Below are positions 18,933 to 28,417 of a stretch of 64,000 nucleotides of DNA, in pieces (positions within the stretch are counted from its first letter, which is position 1; each line of letters starts with the position of its first letter). A program made the position numbers and the translations under genes. Under the pieces are notes generated by a model. The model saw nothing but the letters and a program-made list of their open reading frames with translations, was not told the DNA's origin and ran no database searches. The DNA lies in IMG/VR virus record IMGVR_UViG_3300040781_000350, one strand, 5' to 3'. This DNA is from a virus (lineage: Duplodnaviria > Heunggongvirae > Uroviricota > Caudoviricetes).

Positions 18933-19715
18933 TTATATTACTGTTGTTCCTTTTTTACATCTACCTTTGAACCACCCGTTTGGTATTTCAGTTTTGGTTA
19001 AATCAACTTGTTTCATTGTTACACCATTGGTAATCCAATTTGTTCCTTTCTTCGCTTCACTCATTCTTTTTCTTGTACTAGTCTTTTTTGCAATACCTTT
19101 CTGTTTTATGCTTATTTTACGTTTAACATCATCAGGACGCTGTTTACCATAATGACCATTATTCGCGCCTTTATTTTTACCTTTCATGCTTTGTGAGATT
19201 TTTCTACAATGATCTTTAGAAAATTTCTTGCCTTTGTTAGTACCGGTTCGACCAATATTTGTTTCACTTATTCTTTTTTTATGTCTTTCAGTCATTCCTC
19301 TCACCCAACCTTCAGGTATATTTTTCAGTTTACACCATTTTTCATTATTACCATCGTTTATTAATACTAAACCATCACGTGCATGTTTCATACTTTCTCG
19401 CCATCGAACCCTGTAATACTCAAACATTCTTGATGATGTAATACGACCTACACCGTTAATACCAGTTTTAAAAAAAGATAAAGCGGATAGAGCTCTTAAC
19501 ATTTTATAATACTCAACAGAGCCTTTTATTTGCATTTTTACTAGTAGTAAATGCGCAATAAAATGTTCTCTCGGAGATAATAAAACTATATTACTATGTT
19601 TATTATCTCCACCAATACTTTTTGGTATAATATGATGTCTTTCAGCATGGCATGATGTTGATGGATCTGATTTGCGTTTTTTGACAAGTGATTTGTAAAC
19701 AGTATGATAATTCAT
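18933..19715 (-). mobile_element. HNH homing endonuclease with C-terminal NUMOD3-like DNA-binding repeats
   Basis: 260 aa. HNH motif HHIIPKSIGGDNKHSNIVLLSPREHFIAH. Four C-terminal repeats of the pattern [KR]xISxxxKG (RHKKRISETNIG, HCRKISQSMKGK, VKRKISIKQKG, TRKRMSEAKKG). Inserted between the kinase and the RNA ligase genes. Confidence 0.85.
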
Positions 19716-19729
19716 ACTATTATTTATAT

Positions 19730-20740
19730 TCAGCTTTCGGTATACTGGTAATTGATCGTTTTGAAGCTTAGATCTTTGTTAAGTCGTTCACTATAAAGAT
19801 GATTGCGAAGTCTCCATACAAGCCCTTCAGCAGTTGCACCATTAGCATACTTCACTTTCTTCGCTTCTTCGACAAGATCATCAGCTGTTTCCCATTTGAA
19901 TGGACCTTCATAGTAAAGATCAACCATAGGAATACCAAGCGTAGTGCAGATTTGAACTGATTCATTCCAGTCGCAAAGAATACGACGATCAAGCTTCCAA
20001 ACATTGAACACCCGGGCGTCAACACCTTTAAGCTTTTCTGGATTCTTTTGAATACCTTCACCTACAAGCTCCAACTGGAGACCAATACCCACAGGTAGCT
20101 TCTCTTTAAGGTTGTACTTGAATACAGGTTGCCAATATTTGCTGTTTCCTGATTCTTTGATTTCGAGATTACGAGAGCAAACTTTGAAACCGTCTTCGGC
20201 ATGATTAACGATAGTTACAGAACTACCATCATGCTTAACAGTTGCAACAACATCTCGCCCTTTCATCATTTCGATAATATCAGGCATATTCTCAAGACGT
20301 TCTTCATCGGTCTTTGGTACAAGATGTGTCGGAAACGACCCAGCTACGTCACCACTTTCATACGATACAGGTTTTTCGTATTTCTCAACACCGAGATATT
20401 CACCCACATCAGTATCAATCAAATCATTCGGGTCGACATCATAATAGCTTGCTGGGAGATATTTCATAAGCTCACCAAGAGGCATAATTAGTCCATTGCT
20501 GTATTCACCACGAAGCTTGATAATATTAATCCTGAACTTCTTATTTTCTAGGAAGCTGAATTCTGGTTTATCTTTCGGCGCAATAGTATCGACCGGGATA
20601 TAAACGACGAGATCATCCACTTTGAAATCAACTGCGCTAATTACACGCCAGCTGAGACCATACATCTTAAAGATGGTGAGTGAATCTGCATTTGGATGCT
20701 CAATAACATCCGAGATTTTTTGTATTGTTGCTAGTTTCAT
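19730..20740 (-). CDS. RNA ligase (nucleotidyltransferase motif KHDGSS) with N-terminal OB/tRNA-binding-like domain
   Basis: 336 aa. N-terminal IEHPNADSL resembles the tRNA-binding OB domain (HPDADKL). Motif I KHDGSS sits mid-protein, an architecture like DraRnl/NgrRnl (Rnl5-type). Confidence 0.6.
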   Translation of the reverse strand: MKLATIQKISDVIEHPNADSLTIFKMYGLSWRVISAVDFKVDDLVVYIPVDTIAPKDKPEFSFLENKKFRINIIKLRGEYSNGLIMPLGELMKYLPASYYDVDPNDLIDTDVGEYLGVEKYEKPVSYESGDVAGSFPTHLVPKTDEERLENMPDIIEMMKGRDVVATVKHDGSSVTIVNHAEDGFKVCSRNLEIKESGNSKYWQPVFKYNLKEKLPVGIGLQLELVGEGIQKNPEKLKGVDARVFNVWKLDRRILCDWNESVQICTTLGIPMVDLYYEGPFKWETADDLVEEAKKVKYANGATAEGLVWRLRNHLYSERLNKDLSFKTINYQYTES

Positions 20741-20749
20741 ATTATATTT

Positions 20750-21091
20750 TTATTTTTGTTTCTTGTAGTTAACAAAGTCTCTACGTAAAACATTTCCAGT
20801 TTTTTGAAAATTTCTGATGAACATTAAGTTGTAGTTTTTTAGACTCTTCTGTTTATCGTAATACCCGAATACCTTTGCATTAAATTTTACAACATCACCT
20901 GAACGGAATTTAAAGCCAGCAGGTGCAGTGATCCAAACATGATCTGCAACATCAATATCTTTATGTATCACGTCTTTAATCAAAAGATAATGACCACCGA
21001 TCTTGCGTGGATTAATTGTTTGTATAGTTGCAGTTACTTCGATCAATTGACCTTTGAACTGCTCCATTGCTTCTCTGAATTTACTTTTCAT
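20750..21091 (-). CDS. hypothetical protein (113 aa)
   Basis: ORF overlapping the Rnl1 stop by 11 nt. Confidence 0.45.
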   Translation of the reverse strand: MKSKFREAMEQFKGQLIEVTATIQTINPRKIGGHYLLIKDVIHKDIDVADHVWITAPAGFKFRSGDVVKFNAKVFGYYDKQKSLKNYNLMFIRNFQKTGNVLRRDFVNYKKQK

Positions 21092-22178
21092 CCAATACTG
21101 ATTTGATTATTTTTTTGATTGTTTGGTTTGGTATTTCCATTCCTTTACGTTTCTTAAATGCAACATCTTTCCATGGATTTCTGTACGTCATTTGCATTAA
21201 GAACGCAAAATCCTTATCCGAAAGATTTTTGTGCATTTGTGCATATTCATCGATTTTGTTGATTGAAACATCAACAGATTTTTTAACTTCATCTAGATTT
21301 TGAACAAGTTCCTCAACCATGCACCAGCATTCATAATCAAATGTGTTTTTGATATATTTTTTAAATGCTTTGAATGATGGAAAATCCTGATCAGCATAAA
21401 GATTAAGAATATTCTTTTCAGTTGCATTTGATTTAAACGAATGTAACTTGAGATACTCTGCTGATTTTACTTTCCATAAATCATTACCTTGGTATATGAC
21501 ACAACCTTCAATACCAGATGCTTTTTCGATCGTAGATAGAAGTTCGCTCAGGTCATTGAACTCATATTTCTTCGGACGTGGCACAAGCATCTCCATTGCA
21601 AATGAATCAAGCATTACCTGAGATTCTAGCTCGTATGTATTCTTGTTAATTGCTCCGATCAGATACAAATCGATTTCGGGGTAGTCCAAAACAATCCGCT
21701 GATTAGGTGTTACAATTTCGAAAAGTAATGATAAATGAGTATGGTTCTGCATCCAAGGACGGATGTTATAGTACTTGTCAAGAGCAACATCGAAATCAGC
21801 GCTATTGTCTAAAGTAACGTAGCTTTCAGTACCTCTGGTACGAACGTTGAACATGTTCTCACATGCATCGACAATCATTAACGAGCCATCCTCTTTAGAT
21901 ACAATTCTCGAATCTAACAGATCAGTTGGAGGCGGAAAGTTACCAGGGTTTTCACCAAAATTAACGAACTTAGGAAAGCCGCAGCTTAAGGGCTGAAAAT
22001 CTGACTTACGGTAAATAAGTGAGCGTAAAAATTTATTTTCCTGCGTCCATTCGACACTAGGCAGACCTGGAGTAATTAAACATGCCTCATCGCCAAAGAA
22101 TGTAATATCTCTTTGTATAAATTCCTCGATTGGTACACTTTTGAGTGCAGCCTCTACGCGTTTTTGTGCTAAGTTCAT
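21081..22178 (-). CDS. rnlA: RNA ligase 1 (T4 RnlA-like)
   Basis: 365 aa against 374 aa for T4 Rnl1. KFVNFGENP vs T4 KFFNLNENP. Motif I IVSKEDGSLM vs T4 ILTKEDGSLV. LLFEIVTPNQRIVLDY vs T4 ANFEFVAPTNRIVLAY. IEGCVIYQGNDLWKVKSAEYLKLHSFKS vs T4 [29 protein letters not shown]. Confidence 0.9.
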   Translation of the reverse strand: MNLAQKRVEAALKSVPIEEFIQRDITFFGDEACLITPGLPSVEWTQENKFLRSLIYRKSDFQPLSCGFPKFVNFGENPGNFPPPTDLLDSRIVSKEDGSLMIVDACENMFNVRTRGTESYVTLDNSADFDVALDKYYNIRPWMQNHTHLSLLFEIVTPNQRIVLDYPEIDLYLIGAINKNTYELESQVMLDSFAMEMLVPRPKKYEFNDLSELLSTIEKASGIEGCVIYQGNDLWKVKSAEYLKLHSFKSNATEKNILNLYADQDFPSFKAFKKYIKNTFDYECWCMVEELVQNLDEVKKSVDVSINKIDEYAQMHKNLSDKDFAFLMQMTYRNPWKDVAFKKRKGMEIPNQTIKKIIKSVLDEK

Positions 22179-22468
22179 ACTAACTCCAAGCTATAATTTG
22201 CTCCCCGTTTATTGAATTTGAACACCCCTTTAACAACCCCGTTAACCATATGCGGTACAACCTTTTCAAACTCTGCTAATCTGAATGTGTATACAGTTCC
22301 ACGAACACCAACATGTTTAAATTTGAAGTTACATGCTGATCGACCTCGATTTGCTCCCACAAATTCAAGCTCAGCTGGAAAGGGTCCAGGAATCTCAAGC
22401 ATTTCATACCCGCCATAACTTTCATAGGTTAAGTATTCGTTTTTTTCTTTGTTGTATGGTACTTTCAT
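22175..22468 (-). CDS. hypothetical protein (97 aa)
   Basis: ATGA overlap with the rnlA start. Confidence 0.45.
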   Translation of the reverse strand: MKVPYNKEKNEYLTYESYGGYEMLEIPGPFPAELEFVGANRGRSACNFKFKHVGVRGTVYTFRLAEFEKVVPHMVNGVVKGVFKFNKRGANYSLELV

Positions 22469-22469
22469 A

Positions 22470-22802
22470 TTATTTTTTTCTAATTGGAATTAATGGTACT
22501 GGTGATGCTTTACAATCACATGAGAAATCTTTTGTTTTGTCAAATTCTTTTTTACAAACCGTACATTGCCAAATGTTCCAATGTATTTTGCGTTCGTATT
22601 TTTCTTCTAATAATGCCTCTGATGGCCACTTTGGTGGATCAACTTGACTTTTTGGTGGAATATAACTACCTGTTCGAACAGGTTCATTATGACAATCGCA
22701 TGGACATTTATGATTTTTACGAATCTTTACAAATATCCACAAAGCTATCGGCAATAAAGCAACAGCAATTGGACTACAACTTGAACATGCTAAAACGATC
22801 AT
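22470..22802 (-). CDS. hypothetical Cys-rich (zinc-finger-like) membrane-anchored protein
   Basis: 110 aa with an N-terminal hydrophobic segment and CxC / CxxC clusters. Confidence 0.45.
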   Translation of the reverse strand: MIVLACSSCSPIAVALLPIALWIFVKIRKNHKCPCDCHNEPVRTGSYIPPKSQVDPPKWPSEALLEEKYERKIHWNIWQCTVCKKEFDKTKDFSCDCKASPVPLIPIRKK

Positions 22803-23011
22803 ACTTCTTTAAATTCAATTTCAAATGTTGCAAGGCTATATTTTTCACCCGGTAAATTGCGACGAATGTTTACTAAATCATATTCAGCTTCCTCTTTATC
22901 TGATTTGAGATGTTTAAGCGGAACGGTTGGTGAAAAATATCCTCCCATTCGATGCGAGCAATAGTAAAACCCATCACAATCACGTTTGATGCAATACTGT
23001 TTAATAATCAT
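22799..23011 (-). CDS. hypothetical protein (70 aa)
   Basis: Promoter element at 23016-23034. Confidence 0.4.
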   Translation of the reverse strand: MIIKQYCIKRDCDGFYYCSHRMGGYFSPTVPLKHLKSDKEEAEYDLVNIRRNLPGEKYSLATFEIEFKEV

Positions 23012-23035
23012 ACAGCAATAATAATGATGTTCCTT

Positions 23036-23845
23036 TTATTGGAATTGTGTGTCGTGACTTAAAAAATGTTGTGTAATAACACCATTTTGTATAATTGCAT
23101 AGCTCATTTGCATACAGTCAATACAGTAGTTTTTTAAACCAATCCCATTTTTCTTTTCTCGTTTGATTTTACTGTTAATTGTAGTATGACCAACAACTTG
23201 TCTTACTTCATCAAGGGGCACGAATTCATAATTCCAATCAAGCCAAACAGGGCTCCCAACATCGCTCAGACCCATCCGACATGCACCGACATCCCATATC
23301 CAATGACCAGCTTCAAACATAAAATGATGTTTTGTTTTATCCCAGTCATCACTCAAACGTTGGATATTATCCAGTTCGCTCATGAATGGTTTAAAATGTG
23401 ATGTGTGAAATCCTGCATGTGAAACAACAATATCATCACCGATTTGTGTACAAAGCTTTAGCGATTCAACCCATTTTGGATCGATATCCTTATTAAAAGT
23501 TTTTGCTTTACTTTTTGACCAACCAGAGCAAAAATAGTCTGAATTTGATTTAGTGTTGATATAGTTTTTATTATATGATGCTAAGTATGCAACATCATGA
23601 TTACCAACATGCCAAATAGCGCGATCACCAAATTCTTCAAACCGTTCTCTGATCCATTCACATGTTGCACCAACACCATATATAATTGCTCCGTCTGGTG
23701 TTCTGAATGTATCGAAATAGTCACCGTTAAAGATTACAATCTCCCAATCACGTTCAGCTTCTAATACGAGGTCAGCAAAGCCACCAATGTTTTGGTGTAT
23801 GTCCGGAATTACTAGTACTTTTGTTTCTTTTGATATTTTTCTCAT
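23036..23845 (-). CDS. calcineurin-like metallophosphoesterase
   Basis: 269 aa with clear motifs: VIPDIHQN (DxH), FNGDYFDTF (GDxxD), HVGNHDVAY (GNHD). Last gene of the RNA-repair module. Confidence 0.7.
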   Translation of the reverse strand: MRKISKETKVLVIPDIHQNIGGFADLVLEAERDWEIVIFNGDYFDTFRTPDGAIIYGVGATCEWIRERFEEFGDRAIWHVGNHDVAYLASYNKNYINTKSNSDYFCSGWSKSKAKTFNKDIDPKWVESLKLCTQIGDDIVVSHAGFHTSHFKPFMSELDNIQRLSDDWDKTKHHFMFEAGHWIWDVGACRMGLSDVGSPVWLDWNYEFVPLDEVRQVVGHTTINSKIKREKKNGIGLKNYCIDCMQMSYAIIQNGVITQHFLSHDTQFQ

Positions 23846-23990
23846 TTTCTTTTAATCTCTCAATAAGTTGTTCGTCAATTTCTGCAGTTATTGTTCTCTG
23901 CATATCTTCTCGTGCTTCATCATCATTAAAGACAATACGCAACACTTCAAGACTATTATCTTCCATTCACTTATTATACATTAACAACCA

Positions 23991-24206
23991 CTAATTTCCA
24001 GTAATTTTAATACTATGAAAGCTGTTCATTGATCTAGTAAACCCCTTTTCATCCCGTGCAAGAAACGCAGCAGTAGGGGCATGCCATTCAACAACACCTA
24101 CAAAGATTGGATTCTTATAATCGTTACGCACTTCGCAGGTAATTTTATCACCTGCGCATACTTCTTGACCATTATCAGCAAATATTCCAGTTTGTTTATA
24201 TTTCAT
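23991..24206 (-). CDS. hypothetical protein (71 aa)
   Basis: ORF. Confidence 0.4.
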   Translation of the reverse strand: MKYKQTGIFADNGQEVCAGDKITCEVRNDYKNPIFVGVVEWHAPTAAFLARDEKGFTRSMNSFHSIKITGN

Positions 24207-24574
24207 GATTGGTGCTGAAAGCTATGCAGGTAACATTCTATATTCCTTTTACCTACTGGGTTCATACTATGACACATCCAATCTGATGTTAAATCAATAT
24301 TTTTGTTCATGCAGAATTTTACTAACCACTTTGCACAATCATAACCTGTCTTCTCGAGATCTCCATTCGCATTATCACCTGCAGCATAATGAACATCAGC
24401 TAGATCATGATCGAATGAGATAAAGTCTGGAAGTTCATTATATAAAATGAAGTGATCACTGATAGTTTTTACAAACTCATCATAATTACGGACAATTGTC
24501 CATGTACCAACATCTGGCAATTTCACATGGGTTGTGAATTGCGGGCTTCGTATATCATCTAAAAATAAGTTCAT
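24203..24574 (-). CDS. hypothetical protein (123 aa)
   Basis: ORF with ATGA overlaps on both sides. Confidence 0.45.
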   Translation of the reverse strand: MNLFLDDIRSPQFTTHVKLPDVGTWTIVRNYDEFVKTISDHFILYNELPDFISFDHDLADVHYAAGDNANGDLEKTGYDCAKWLVKFCMNKNIDLTSDWMCHSMNPVGKRNIECYLHSFQHQS

Positions 24575-24888
24575 TGCATAACCTCAATTATATAACATGA
24601 GTTCATAGTATTCAACACAGTTTCTGTTTTATTATCTTGTGGTACAATCTTTGTAACTGGAGACGATGTAAACAGACCAAGCGATTCAACACCATTGCGT
24701 TCTTCCCGTAGCACCCAAATAGATTTACCAACTTCAACATCCATTAATAATATACCTTTGATGGAATATTCAACCGGTACACCATTAAATCTAGCTCCAT
24801 CAACTTCTGATAAAGTGTCATTTTCGGTGTAATTTTCATCACTGATATGTTTCTTTTTATAAAGTTTAACTGTTTGTAATTTTTTCAT
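24571..24888 (-). CDS. hypothetical protein (105 aa)
   Basis: ORF. Confidence 0.45.
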   Translation of the reverse strand: MKKLQTVKLYKKKHISDENYTENDTLSEVDGARFNGVPVEYSIKGILLMDVEVGKSIWVLREERNGVESLGLFTSSPVTKIVPQDNKTETVLNTMNSCYIIEVMQ

Positions 24889-25271
24889 ATTTTTCTAAGT
24901 TCGTTGTTAAAACACTCCCATGCTACTGCTGAATTGATCGCAGCTCTGAGTGTAGGTCTCTTTTCCCCTTCACCAACCGAAACACCAAACATATCACGTT
25001 GTTCAGAACCTGCTTCCTCCAAAAAATCCAAGCGTTGTGTATCATTCAACGAATATCGAGCATAGTGCTCATCACGTAAAATAGTCGCTCGTTCTTTTGT
25101 TTCAAATGGTCCGATAACTTTGTAATTATGCGTCGGGTCCATGTAATAGAAACCAACTGTGGTGAAACCTGCACTTATTTCAAGATCAGTGGGATCATCA
25201 CAGTTTATCAATTCAAGTATTTCACTATAATTGCTGTTTATACTTCTTGTTCTATGTTGGTTAACTTCCAT
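24885..25271 (-). CDS. hypothetical protein (128 aa)
   Basis: ORF. Confidence 0.45.
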   Translation of the reverse strand: MEVNQHRTRSINSNYSEILELINCDDPTDLEISAGFTTVGFYYMDPTHNYKVIGPFETKERATILRDEHYARYSLNDTQRLDFLEEAGSEQRDMFGVSVGEGEKRPTLRAAINSAVAWECFNNELRKI

Positions 25272-25771
25272 TACTTTGTTATTATTTCGTATTCTGTTAA
25301 GTCTGTAAACCCCATCCTACCGTAACAACGTTTAGTATATGCTTTACCACCATCCACAGATGTCTCACCACAGACACATGTTACAAAATCATGTTGATGT
25401 TTTGATTCGATTATTGTATGACATACATTACATTCAACTTTGTTATGTAAGATCTCTTTTCGGGTTGTTTCACAATAAAGAACAATTTTGTTAATATCAT
25501 CTTTTTTGACAGCTTTACGGATTTGTACACAGGTTTTATGAATAGATTTTGCTTCTTGAAATTGTTTCTTTGTAAGAAGCTTCTTTTCCGGTGCAAGAGT
25601 AGCATACTCAATAAGTGATATATGGTTGATATAGTTTATAGTATCTTCGGTAACACCATATCTGAGACTCAAACTAAGCTGTTTAAACAAAAATATAGCA
25701 TCATCAACAACTTTTGATATTGTCTCTACATATTGCTTGTCATAAAGCTGTTTAATTGAATTGCTCATCAC
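25271..25771 (-). CDS. hypothetical protein with C-terminal Cys cluster (zinc ribbon)
   Basis: 166 aa, with CNVCH…CVCGE. Confidence 0.45.
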   Translation of the reverse strand: MMSNSIKQLYDKQYVETISKVVDDAIFLFKQLSLSLRYGVTEDTINYINHISLIEYATLAPEKKLLTKKQFQEAKSIHKTCVQIRKAVKKDDINKIVLYCETTRKEILHNKVECNVCHTIIESKHQHDFVTCVCGETSVDGGKAYTKRCYGRMGFTDLTEYEIITK

Positions 25772-25992
25772 TTAATTATAAACGTGTGCCTGGTCTCGAC
25801 AAACTGTATGATTTTGTAATATTCATTCAAATCTTTATTCGGGTTGAGATGAATGCTCCTACCTATACCAGTTTTTAATGCACCCATCGCCATGCCTGGT
25901 GATTTATATGTAACTCTACCTTTGTATGACTGTATTAGCTCATCATTAGCTAAATTAACAATTGCATATCTAGTCTTCATGATTGAAATCAA
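25768..25992 (-). CDS. hypothetical protein (74 aa)
   Basis: ORF. Confidence 0.4.
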   Translation of the reverse strand: MISIMKTRYAIVNLANDELIQSYKGRVTYKSPGMAMGALKTGIGRSIHLNPNKDLNEYYKIIQFVETRHTFIIK

Positions 25993-26185
25993 ATGATTTG
26001 TTCATCCCTGCTACATAACCATGAATGTAATCATCATTGATACCTAGAGCTTGAAAGTATGTTGCCTCAATACCAACCTCTTGGAGTAGAAGTTGTTTAC
26101 TCCTCACTTCTGAATGTATACAGAGCCATAGTGCTGACCCTAAAAATGCAATTACTGCAATTATAACTTTTGTTTCTGTATTCAT
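25970..26185 (-). CDS. small membrane protein (71 aa)
   Basis: N-terminal transmembrane helix. Confidence 0.4.
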   Translation of the reverse strand: MNTETKVIIAVIAFLGSALWLCIHSEVRSKQLLLQEVGIEATYFQALGINDDYIHGYVAGMNKSFDFNHED

Positions 26186-26186
26186 A

Positions 26187-26606
26187 TTATTTTCCGTTTG
26201 TTAATTCATCAACGACATTACGTAATTTACTACGTTTTACAATGCGAGCCATGTTTAAATAGTGATCTTCCGGGCTTGGTTGCCAATTATTATACCATAC
26301 ATCTGGTAAACTACAAGCAGATCCTAAGATTTTTTCATATTGCTCATGATTAAGATTGTAGTTTCTGTGTATGAGTTCATGATAAATTGTAAAATACCGT
26401 CTTGATAACCACTGTAACTTATTGTAAAAGAATTTGTTATGGCCTGTATTAAGACAATACTGCTCAGGTATGTCAACATCTTCTACTGTTTTACCTTTTT
26501 CGATAAGCTTTCTTACCGCGGTAAAGATGCGAGGCAGTTCTTTATATTCTGCCATCAAATGTTTATTTGTAAGATACCCGGGTGATATTGTATTAATCCT
26601 CGTCAT
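26187..26606 (-). CDS. denV: endonuclease V, pyrimidine-dimer DNA glycosylase/AP lyase (T4 DenV-like)
   Basis: 139 aa against 138 aa for T4 DenV. MTRINTISPGYLTNKHLMAEYKELPRIFTAVRK vs T4 [33 protein letters not shown]. Confidence 0.85.
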   Translation of the reverse strand: MTRINTISPGYLTNKHLMAEYKELPRIFTAVRKLIEKGKTVEDVDIPEQYCLNTGHNKFFYNKLQWLSRRYFTIYHELIHRNYNLNHEQYEKILGSACSLPDVWYNNWQPSPEDHYLNMARIVKRSKLRNVVDELTNGK

Positions 26607-26907
26607 CTAATTTAAGCATATCTTCAGGTTTAAATGGCCAGCATGGACCATGCTGCGGGTATTGTTTTTCATTTTCGCGCGCACAGTGCCAGCAAGGCTT
26701 CTCCCAATATCTATAAAAATCTAGTTCTCCTGAACCGAATGTCAACCCGGTCCAGTCTTCATCATTATGGATACCACTGCTTACTTTACAGTTGCCTGGA
26801 TCAATACACTGTGTTTGCTCACCCATTAAAAGAACATCATGCAGATGTTGAATAGAATAACCAGCGTACCTGCTGTAACAATAACTGCTACAAGAGCAAC
26901 TGGCCAT
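26593..26907 (-). CDS. hypothetical Cys/Trp-rich protein (104 aa)
   Basis: ORF. Confidence 0.4.
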   Translation of the reverse strand: MASCSCSSYCYSRYAGYSIQHLHDVLLMGEQTQCIDPGNCKVSSGIHNDEDWTGLTFGSGELDFYRYWEKPCWHCARENEKQYPQHGPCWPFKPEDMLKLDDED

Positions 26908-27029
26908 GGCATATTTGCATCTGGATTCTCTTGCATGATTTGCAACAGCTTATCGAATGAATGATCGGTCCAAACAGTAAGTGCTGGGATCAGTCCGAGA
27001 ATAATTGTAAAAATTGATACGATGACCAA
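26826..27029 (-). CDS. small membrane protein (67 aa)
   Basis: Two transmembrane helices. Overlaps the previous ORF in another frame, so one of the two may be spurious. Confidence 0.35.
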   Translation of the reverse strand: MVIVSIFTIILGLIPALTVWTDHSFDKLLQIMQENPDANMPWPVALVAVIVTAGTLVILFNICMMFF

Positions 27030-27085
27030 TAATTCAATTAGTGTATAACCTTGGCAGGCTTTCAGTTACGCTTTATCCTTTAGTT

Positions 27086-27421
27086 TCATATTGTTTTATG
27101 TTTTTGTAGAGCATTTTTAATTTGCTCTTGTTCTTGTTTGAGTTTCTCTTGACGAGCTTTCAGTCTTGAAATTTCTTCTTGTTGTTCACGTTCTTTACGG
27201 CGTTCATTCAGATCTAACATTTCAGATCGTGGGTCTATACGTCGACGCTCTACTGTTTCATATTCGATGATAACAAACTCGAGCTGTTGAAGGCGGCTTC
27301 TATTAAACGCATCAGCAGCTTTGACAGCACCCGTGAGTGATTTCCATTGTTTACCGCGGTTATTGATACCATAATCGCCGAGAAATTTTTCAGTTTTTAT
27401 ATCTTGAACTTTATAAATCAT
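27086..27421 (-). CDS. hypothetical coiled-coil protein (111 aa)
   Basis: Promoter element at 27426-27445. Confidence 0.45.
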   Translation of the reverse strand: MIYKVQDIKTEKFLGDYGINNRGKQWKSLTGAVKAADAFNRSRLQQLEFVIIEYETVERRRIDPRSEMLDLNERRKEREQQEEISRLKARQEKLKQEQEQIKNALQKHKTI

Positions 27422-27433
27422 AACAGTATTGTA

Positions 27434-27712
27434 TCAATGTTCCTGTTTTAGAATTATACTACCTTTACCCAAATCTTTAAACGCCCAATCATATGGTACC
27501 GTAACTGTAAATTCTGTTACAACTTTCGGTATATCCTTACCAGAGAACATTTTATCATATAAATGCTTACGAGTAAACATTCGTTTCGTTTTAATGTTCA
27601 ACAGGTTAACCCCTTTAGGTGTAGATCGAATACACAAAAATACACTATCTGGTCTACCATATAGGCAGTATAAGTGTCCGATCTTCAATTTTATGTATTT
27701 AATCCGTATCAT
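27434..27712 (-). CDS. hypothetical protein (92 aa)
   Basis: ORF. Confidence 0.4.
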   Translation of the reverse strand: MIRIKYIKLKIGHLYCLYGRPDSVFLCIRSTPKGVNLLNIKTKRMFTRKHLYDKMFSGKDIPKVVTEFTVTVPYDWAFKDLGKGSIILKQEH

Positions 27713-28025
27713 TTTTATCTATATCTTTAGCAATAGCTTCAACAATAAAATCATACACAAATTTTGTCGCTTCTTGTTGTTCTTTATAGAATAGTAATCT
27801 TGTTATAATAACTGAAATCAGCAATGTAAAAAATGTAAATACAAAGGCAATGCAAAAAATAGTGAAACTACTGAGAACCTCTATAACAGAATAACCATAT
27901 GTAATACCCAAAAAAAGTTGAAATATATATACAGGCCATATTACAAGATCAGGATTCGTTTCAATCCACTCACCACAGAACGTATAAAATGTTCTGTCAT
28001 TAATTTCTATTCTCGTACGTGCCAT
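27699..28025 (-). CDS. membrane protein (108 aa)
   Basis: Hydrophobic. Confidence 0.4.
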   Translation of the reverse strand: MARTRIEINDRTFYTFCGEWIETNPDLVIWPVYIFQLFLGITYGYSVIEVLSSFTIFCIAFVFTFFTLLISVIITRLLFYKEQQEATKFVYDFIVEAIAKDIDKNDTD

Positions 28026-28417
28026 TACTTACGAAATCTATCTAGATATTCATCAAATGTTTGATCATGCGCATGGTTATAAACATAATCAAAAAGAAAT
28101 TCATTTGCATCTTCTGCATTAGTGAACTGTTCATCGAATCCATCCTCAGATAGTTGCGCATATAATTTATCGAAATATTCAGTCCGAACCTTTTCAAGTT
28201 CACCAATGAATGTTTTTACTCAATAGATTTCGTCTTCCCATTTACCTTTAATTTCCATACTATTATTCTGTTTCTTGTTCATCATAAAATGTTTCTAAGA
28301 TTTTCACGCTTGAAGCTGAGAAGTTGAGTTGTTCATAGATAAACTCTTCACAAGCTTCAACCATCTCAGCTTCTGTTTCATAACCATCCATGCAAAGTTC
28401 TATTAAAAATTTAGGCA

